A stretch of 59,863 nucleotides of DNA, the filler included. It is 5 parts of 5 records of this genome, joined end to end, with 100 filler letters (N's around TTAATTAATTAA, not from the genome) between each part and the next. Parts side by side here need not be neighbours in the genome. Positions count along the whole stretch, not along the records: positions 35,964 to 54,024 come from SRR2962707_2707; positions 54,125 to 59,863 come from SRR2962707_2714; 3 more parts are not named here. The stretch is one strand, 5' to 3'. Position numbers and translations under genes: made by a program. How positions within the stretch are numbered: the stretch's first letter is position 1; every line of letters begins with the position of its first letter. Below, piece after piece: positions 52,348 through 59,863 of this stretch. The notes below the pieces were generated by a model. The model saw nothing but the letters and a program-made list of their open reading frames with translations, had not been told where the DNA came from and did not search any database.

Positions 52348-52554
52348 GTCAGGCGAGCAGCGAGCCGGCCGCTATCGCGAGAAAGAAGATCACGCCAAGC
52401 AGCGTGCCAAGCGCCCCAACGGCAAAATGTCTTGCCAGCCCCATCGCACCCTCCCGGAAACAGGGTCAAAAGTAAGCTCCGGGAACAAAGATGCCCCGCC
52501 GGGGCAGACGCGCGCATGATCCGTTTGGACCATGCGCGGGTCTTTTGAGGGGAC

Positions 52555-53868
52555 TTAGCGGCGGGCGGCCAGCGAGGCGCGGATATCCTGTTCGAGGGCC
52601 CAGAAACGATCCTGACCCCAATGCGCGGGCATGCCATCGACCCTGAAGGAAGGCGCGCCCCAGAGGCCTGCCTCGAAGAGCGCCTGGCGGTTTTCCTCGG
52701 CTGCATCGCGCCAGCTTTCATCGACGAGCGCTTCTTTCACTGTTTCCGGCGAGAGGCCCGCGCGTTTTGCGGCGCGGAAGAGCCCGCTATCGGAGGCAAT
52801 GTCGATGCCGTCCGCAAAGACCGCACGGCAGCCCGATTCCGCGAAGGCCTCCCCCTTTCCGAGCGGGATCGCCTTGTGCAGCACGGCAAGCGCGCGCGCC
52901 GCCTTGGCGCCCACGGAATCGACCACCGTGCCAAACGGGATGCCGGCGCGCTCGGCCTCGCGTTTCGTGTCGAGCATGATGTAGAGACGCTTTATGCCGG
53001 GAACGGGAAGACCGCGCATTACCATGGGCAGGACGAAACGGAGCCTCAGTTCGGCATTGTAGTGATGCGCGAGCTTCAGCATGCGCGGCACGGAAATCCA
53101 GGAATAAGGACTGCGGAAGGAGAACCAGTATTCGATGACTGGACGATGAGAGCTTTCCGGCACGGGGGCGAGCGTGAGGTCGCGCCAGGGCGCGAGCATC
53201 GGTGTTCCGGCGGCGCGGTCGAGGCCTGCTTCCGCGAGCCGCTCTTCCAGATGGTTGAGGCGGTCGACGCCCCAATACCACTCGCCTTCGAAACAGAACA
53301 TGCCGCTCAGATAGTGGCCGAGCTTCTTGCGCCGCGCGGTGCCGCGCGCGAGCGCCTTCATCGTGTCGCGGGCGGAAGCCGCGCCGTGTTCCTTCTCAAG
53401 CGCGGCGAGCGCCGCTTCGTCGCCCGCCCAGAGCGCGCAGCCTGCTCCCGTCGCAACTTCGGCGAATTTTTCCCTTCGGATCGCGTTCGCAAGGAGCGCC
53501 GTGGCACGTGCGGCGAGCGATGCATCCGGCGCGGCGGCGCCTTCAGGGAAGTCGAGACCGTATTCGCGCGCGACCCGCGCCGCGTCGCGCCGCCCATAGG
53601 CTTTCAGCAGCTCCATCTCGGGCGCGGCTGCCTCGTCCGGCGGGGCGACGAGCCAGACCTTCACGGCGACATCGTAGCGCGCGCGAAGGGGCGCCAAAAG
53701 CTGCGCCGCGACATGGCTGTAGGGATCGTCCGCCTGATGGAAATAGTGGATGGTGGGCTTGCCGCCCGTCAGCCGCCGCCGAAGCGCAAATAGAGAGCGC
53801 CGCGTGTCACGCAACGCGCGGCTCGTGAGGAATGAGGACATCCTCCTGCTGATTGCGGCTTTTATCAT
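52555..53868 (-). CDS. tandem DSBA-like/2-hydroxychromene-2-carboxylate isomerase protein
   Basis: Two domains: YFHQADDPYS...YWGVDRL and YWFSFRSPYSW...GLWGAPSF...WGQDR. Confidence 0.8.
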   Translation of the reverse strand: MIKAAISRRMSSFLTSRALRDTRRSLFALRRRLTGGKPTIHYFHQADDPYSHVAAQLLAPLRARYDVAVKVWLVAPPDEAAAPEMELLKAYGRRDAARVAREYGLDFPEGAAAPDASLAARATALLANAIRREKFAEVATGAGCALWAGDEAALAALEKEHGAASARDTMKALARGTARRKKLGHYLSGMFCFEGEWYWGVDRLNHLEERLAEAGLDRAAGTPMLAPWRDLTLAPVPESSHRPVIEYWFSFRSPYSWISVPRMLKLAHHYNAELRLRFVLPMVMRGLPVPGIKRLYIMLDTKREAERAGIPFGTVVDSVGAKAARALAVLHKAIPLGKGEAFAESGCRAVFADGIDIASDSGLFRAAKRAGLSPETVKEALVDESWRDAAEENRQALFEAGLWGAPSFRVDGMPAHWGQDRFWALEQDIRASLAARR

Positions 53869-53922
53869 TTCCGAACCCTCCCCTATCAAGCGCCCCCGAG
53901 GGCCATGTCCCGGATATTATAA

Positions 53923-53939
53923 TGACATATCAACTGTCA
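53923..53939. promoter_or_regulatory. palindromic operator TGACA-N7-TGTCA
   Basis: Sits in an AT-rich patch upstream of the DsbA-like gene and overlaps a minus-strand TTGACA. Confidence 0.5.
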
Positions 53940-54024
53940 ATATACACACCCGACGCGAAACGGCGCATGCAGGATGAATGGGCTTTTTGGGTGGTTGACG
54001 CGCGGCGCGGCCGGGAAAGCTGGA

Positions 54025-54124
54025 NNNNNNNNNNNNNNNNNNNNNNNNNNNNNNNNNNNNNNNNNNNNTTAATTAATTAANNNNNNNNNNNNNNNNNNNN
54101 NNNNNNNNNNNNNNNNNNNNNNNN
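54025..54124. other. artificial contig spacer
   Basis: N-run with TTAATTAATTAA. Confidence 0.99.
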
Positions 54125-54327
54125 GATCTCGCCGACCCATCGCTCCACGAAGCTGAGAGGGCCTGCTGCTGTATTTCTTCGTGTTTTTCCTGCTTTTGCG
54201 TGACGACAGCGAAGCGGCGGGGCGAGTCTCGCCTCTTGCGCTCACTGATGAAAATCACAGAACGACGCGAGCAGAGAGAGACAGACAGAGAGGAACGAGG
54301 GAGAGATACGAATCACTTAGAAGCACA

Positions 54328-56924
54328 ATGATGAGGCTGTTGAAAGTCATGCTGTCGATTCTACTGCTCGATAGTGTGCAGTTGCGTGGCTGTACGAACG
54401 CCCGAGTCGAAGGCGGGTCGCTCGATACGTTTGTAACGGCTTTGGACATGGAACTTTATCACGGGGCGGCGGGGGGGCTCTCGCTGCGTGGTGTGGATCG
54501 ATTGGCTCGGCAGCACGGCTTGCCCTTGATGCCTGTGCGCGTCTTTCGCGAGCTGGCTGCTGCTTCCATTCTGAAGCGGTCGAAGACGCTTCAGACTCGC
54601 ATTTTGGAATTGCCGGTCCTCTCCGAGACGGAGGTGGGTGAGTTCGGGTCTTTGCAGCCATTGATGCTGCAGCTCGCGACGTCGGATCGTGTGGGAAGAA
54701 GAGGGGTCGGAAGCACAGCACCGTCTGGTCTCATCTACAACGTCTTGAGTCCGCTCGCCCCGTCTCTCAACATGTCACGGTCTGAAGCCCAGTTGGCGTT
54801 TTTCGGCCATGCAATACAGAGTGTTGATGGAGAGTCGTGTCTTAATATGTCTATATACGAGGTTGTCCAACGGATCCACGTTGCCCGCTCCCAATTGCGG
54901 CAGCGGCAAAACTTTTCGCCGTCCACTTGCACCAACACGGGTTGCCCCGATGAGTTCACACAGCGAAGCGTTGTGCGGCTGGAGGTCGTTGACGCACTGT
55001 CTCTGCGATTCCTTTTGGAAAATGTCAAGCACCATGTACCAACCAGTGTTGCTTTCGAAGTCCTGCTCAATTTTCAGACACTGGACAGCGACCATAATTT
55101 TGTTATCTCTGTCGCCGAGTGGACAGAACACGAATCGTATGGCCACACCTTCGCGGTGCGTAATGCTCACATGCTGAACATCAATTGCACCTGTGTTTTC
55201 CGTGCTTTGAACGGTCCGTCTTCGATTCCAAATTTGCCACCACACCAAATCCCCACTGTTGAGAAGTGCTGAAACACTACACGCCATGTTTGCCAATGGT
55301 GTTGCTCTGAAGGTGTCTTCAACAACATTCGAAGCATGCGATTTGAACCTAAATGGAATAGTTGAAGCTGCCGAGTATTTCCACAACATGTTATCTTACA
55401 GCAAGTAACCTTAGCCACCCTGGCAACGGTATCGGTCTACGGATCATTTCGCACAACCCGCGATGCCAAACATTCACCCTGTTGAGTAAACGTTGTCCAA
55501 TCCTTCTCGACTTCAACTCGATTTGCAAAGTGAACCAATTCAACGAAAGAAGTAGGCATTTTGATTATCGATCATCCCCATCTTCAAAAGTGTCCGCGGC
55601 CAGGACGAGGTATGAGTCATAAAGGTCAATGAAGCTGTGAACTACGAGAAACTGGAGGAACCGCAGCGTGGTGACGGGATGATGCAAGGAAAGGGAGGGA
55701 GTCAGGAGGACGAGCGATCTCATGGGCTTTGTTGCGGGACGGGCGAGACAGGGGCAGCTTATCCAGAGGCACGATGCTGTAGTCAGCTTGCAAACACGCC
55801 CAATGCCGCGCGCTGGAGGAACTGCATGTGGTGTCGCCGGAGCCAGTGTTGCAGAGGGCAGGTATCCAATGGACAACGGATGACATCAAACTCCTGGGGA
55901 AAATGGGACTGGGGTCAGATTGATGTGACGGTGACTTGCCCAGCCAGCGACGCGGCACTGACGAGGAAGCGCAGCCGCATGATTCCGGGTGCTGCGAGCG
56001 TGTTGCACAAGCATTCAAGAGAAGGATGTATCGTTGGAGACTACAGCCCTTGTTGATCGAAACCGGAGGTTTTGTGATTTTTTTCCGTAAAAGCCGACAC
56101 AAGGCAAACTGCTGCAAGACATGTGTGATCGAATCAGCAACAAGAAGGTCCGGGCTTGCATGTTTGTGGGCGGGCCTTTGCGGTATTCTCAGGTCAGCGA
56201 GAATACTTTGCGCTTTGGGACTCCAGTCGACAACAAATGAGCAGGTTTAGCCAAACTGTTGGATCTAGTTATATGGTGTGTCTCATGGAAACGTTTCTGC
56301 ACCGCAGATTGACGCTAACACAGATATGTTGGGGTTGTTCCAGGTGGGTGCCAAGAGCCAGGCGACGTAGTGTCGACTCCACGCTTTGCCACACACAATA
56401 AACTAGTATTACAAAACTATTTTCATAACATGCAAGCCAACCAAGGCGCCGGCTCGAAATGGTACTTTGTAGCATTGCAAAGTAGAACAAATCAGTCTAA
56501 GAAACTGGATCACACAAACCAAATGCTACGCACAGCAGTCGCTCAAAGCAAGGACCATGAAAGCACTAATAACAGTCTGTGTCCTGGAGCGAGGTGCACA
56601 AAGTGGGATCGCGACACGGTTCGACCATACATACATTCAAAGAAAGCGCACGTTTCATGACGTCACAAACAACGGGAAGACAAGATTCATATTGACGTCG
56701 AAGGGTGGCACGCTTAGTTACATTGCACGCGAAGTAGCATGGGCCAAATAGAGATTTTAATTGTTGTTGTGCTTTTCAAAGTTGGTGACTCCTGTTTCGC
56801 TCGCGCTGGAGTGCAGAGGGCATCACGAGAGGAAGTATGCCATTATCTTCGCCGCGCCGACGACGGCTGTGGTCTGGTTCAATTCGCCATCGGTTGTCCA
56901 GACAAACCCACGCAACAAGGGTGA
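54328..56924 (+). CDS. eukaryotic multi-exon hypothetical protein(s), Cys-rich, possible EF-hand-like loop (model approximate)
   Basis: Long ORF with signal-like MMRLLKVMLSILLL, DSDHNFVISVAEW, followed by Cys-rich ORF pieces flanked by GT/AG. Confidence 0.35.
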
Positions 56925-56934
56925 TGAAATATGC

Positions 56935-59753
56935 TCACTCTGCAGCGGCTGCCGCCTCCTGTTGCTTTTTCTTTTTTGCAGCCGCCTCCGCTTTAAGCTT
57001 TGCTTCCAATTCTGCGTAGTTCACTGGAGCTCTGGCACGACGAGATCGCTTGACATCCTGCTGGCTGTTGCCTGGATACTGCGGCGTTGAACCGGCGGCG
57101 GGACTCGAGGGCGGTTTGCGTTTCACAGGTGCAGAGATGGATTTGGCAGCAGAGGAGGATGAAGACGACTGCGGTTCCGACAAAGTCTCCTGCACGTCGA
57201 CTGTCCATTGCCGATCCGGGGACGTCTCCACCAAAGCGCGCAAATGGGCAGCGACACTGCGCGCGAATGGCGAAATAATACCTCCGTGAATACGATAGCC
57301 GCCTTCCAAGACTGAGACAACACGGCCATTGCAACAGGTGTTGGCAACCTCGACAATTTTCGCCGTCAACCAGGAGTAGTCATCCTCCACAAGCCCAATG
57401 TACCTGGAAACAGCGAACATCAAGGTTAACCAAACGGCAAGTCGTGTGCGTTCCTCTTCGCTCCCCGAAATCAAAAGCCTTGGGGACGAACCCGTGATTC
57501 AGTTTATCGCGGCAGTGGGCATCGAAGCCAGCGGAGATAAGAATCAAATCAGGCTTGAAACGTGCCAACGGTGCCAGAATATCGTTCTCCCATCGAGTAC
57601 GCCACTCATGTCGACAATGCTTCCGCATGCCGACATTGTAAATGTGCTGGCGTGGTGTTTGTGCAGGTTGCTGTCCCACTTCGTCACATGAGATGTTTTC
57701 AGCCCCTTGGGCTTGTGCCGGACCATCCTCTGCTACGGTCGGTGCCTCCGTTTTGCCAGTGCCAGGGTAGAAAACCCCACCACCTGGGCCAGGGGTTGCT
57801 TCGTACCCGTGCACGGAGGCAAAAAAAACGTTGTCGGCATCATCCTCATTGAGCCATGGACGCAGCGACGGCACCGACAGTGTGGATGCCGCGGCAAGAA
57901 ATGGCGCACTAACTTTGTGCGTCTTGACAGACGGCACGAGGTTACGGACGATTGCCTCTGTGCCGTTGCCGTGGTGCACATCAAAGTCAAGGATGGCTAC
58001 TCGTCGCACAGCATCGCGCAACACACAGCGAGCATACGCAGCTCCAATCGCCTGAGCATTGCCATGAACAAAACAAAACGGAAACCATGAGGCATGGGAG
58101 CCGCGAGCTACGCGCGATTCAAAACAGGTCCCTGCGCAAGTGCACGACCAACAACCAAGCATTGCAAAACAGAACGCACAACGTTGTTCAAGAGACAAAA
58201 ACCGTGACTCCCAAACGGCTCGCCTCCACGGTCGTCACAAACTTCTTGTCCGTACGGCCCAGCATGGTGCCCCGGCGGCCGGACGACGCAAAGCGCATTG
58301 CGCTTGCCCTGTCGAACCACTGCCTCCACAGCGGCAACGACTGTTCCCGCGGCCCGACGGGCTGCAGCGAAAGAGTGCCGATTCAGAAGGGTGTCGGCAT
58401 CCAGATGAAAATGCTCGCCTTCCTTCAATTTCGATGTCACCTCCGACAGACGCTGAATGTACACATACCTAACAACAGCACGGCAAACAAATAAATATCA
58501 GTGGCAGGCGTAATTGGAACGCCACTGCCCAACAACCGTGCAGCAACGCGGCACACAATGAGCCAAGAGCTGCTGGCCAGCAAAATATCTCGGACGTACT
58601 CGTGCACGCGCAAAATGTCACTAATTGTGGCTTCGGGCGCAGTATTCTCCCAAGCAACTGTCGCCTCAAATTCTGAAGAGCGTAGTGTGCCAGTGTGTTG
58701 GTCTAGAAGCACCTTGATACGATCCGCATTCTCAGGTGGAATATCCAACTTCTTTGCTGCAAAATCAACAGCTGCGTGCCACGAGCATTTGTCGTGGTGA
58801 TACAGCACTGTTTGTTTCGGCGCGGCAACATACTTTGCCGAGGCTGACCCAAGCGACGATTCTGCCGCGCCAGCGCCTGCCCGTGCCCCGGCTTTGACGA
58901 GGGCGTCAGCGATTGGTGCGTGACCACGGTCCAATGCGACCGCCCAGGCTGTTTGACCTGCATGGGAACGAGTCTCCAGCAGACGCTGAACCATCGTACG
59001 TTCACCCTCTTCCAAAACAGCATCGGCAGAGCGATCAATGGCCGCGGCAAGGATCTGAGACACTGCAACATGCTGGCCGTGAAAGGCTGCAAAATGGAGT
59101 GGAGTAAAACCCTGCACGTCCTCAAATGAAATGTCAGCCCCGCGTTCAAGAAGCCGAGCAACACATTTTTCAGAAAAATCTTCATTCCCGCGGATTGTGC
59201 CCGTGGCGATGGCCGTGTGCAAGTAGCTAAATCCTTCGTGGCGGTCTGCGATGCTGACTCCACGCGCAAGAAGCAGGTCCACGCACTCAAGACTGCGGGC
59301 CAGGATGGCTGCGTGGAAAGGGGCCACGTCCCAGTCATCGCGGGCATGAATGAGTTCCTGGATGTCGTAAGCCGGCACCGGAGGCGCATCAGTTCCATCA
59401 ATGCGCTTTCGGACAACAGGCGTAGCAGCAACCGTCAACAAGCGCTCCAATTCCACGTGGTCGCCACCTGTGCATGCCTTTCGCACCAGACTGATGATTT
59501 CATCGAGCTGCGAGCCTCCGGATACTGCCGCAGCGTTGGCAGCCGACGTGCGAGAAGTTGGTGGAGGTGAGCCCGAAGTTGCGCCTCCAGCCGCACCGTC
59601 AATTTCGTCATCATCCGAGTCTTCGACATCGTTTTCATCCACTTCGAAGCTCTCGTCGTCACTGTCCGAGTCTTCGAGATCATCGTCAAAAAGTGCGTCG
59701 AGCCCGGTGTTGGCGCTGGGCTTCTGCTTTTCAGCTTCGTTTGTCGAGGCCAT
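56935..59753 (-). CDS. ankyrin-repeat histone deacetylase (class II-like); exons 59753-58600, 58468-58180, 58051-57492, 57403-56935
   Basis: Ankyrins (APFHAA, GFTPLHFAA, GQTAWAVA); HDAC motifs PEN..R, RPPGHHA, GFCLLNNVAI, DFDVHHGNGT, SAGFDAH, LEGGY; three GT-AG introns all keep frame. Confidence 0.88.
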
Positions 59754-59832
59754 GACGAACCTGAAAAAGAAGGAATTGCTCGTTCGGAAAAGCAACAACG
59801 AAAAAGAAAAAGGCCCCCAACAACAACAACTT

Positions 59833-59863
59833 CAACACACACACACACACACACACAACCACA
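59833..59863. repeat. (AC)n microsatellite at window end
   Basis: Direct reading. Confidence 0.9.

Overview
This window is not one locus. It is five unrelated contigs joined by 100-nt N-spacers containing TTAATTAATTAA (13652-13751, 29687-29786, 35864-35963, 54025-54124). Contig 1 (1-13651) is the ordinary gammaproteobacterial, Marinobacter-like core cluster asd-fimV-truA-trpF-trpB-trpA-accD-folC-dedD-cvpA-purF-metZ on the minus strand. Contig 2 (13752-29686) is part of a PFGI-1/ICEclc-type integrative conjugative element (TIGR03757, TIGR03756, TIGR03755, membrane protein, TraG-N, convergent exclusion-like gene). Its cargo includes a secreted CxxC-repeat protein with a small membrane partner, a frameshifted SnoaL gene, a tight three-gene operon DUF3800 + OLD ATPase-TOPRIM nuclease + UvrD helicase, a 2-TM gene whose ribosome-binding site lies in a 14-bp hairpin, and a vgrG with its own promoter. 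Contigs 3 (29787-35863) and 5 (54125-59863) are eukaryotic (GT-AG introns, microsatellite ends), probably protist; they carry a RanBP2-ZnF/CXC-like gene, a FAM183-like ciliary gene and an ankyrin-HDAC. Contig 4 (35964-54024) is alphaproteobacterial, Parvibaculum-like: lysS, sensor kinase with a degenerate Hpt, DinG, TerB, desaturase, SixA, MshEN-GT2 plus a Cle-like regulator, MatB, BetT and a DsbA-like protein. The best candidate for an undescribed system is the DUF3800-extended Gabija-like operon at 22476-26701. All family and taxon calls come from motif recognition by eye, not database searches.
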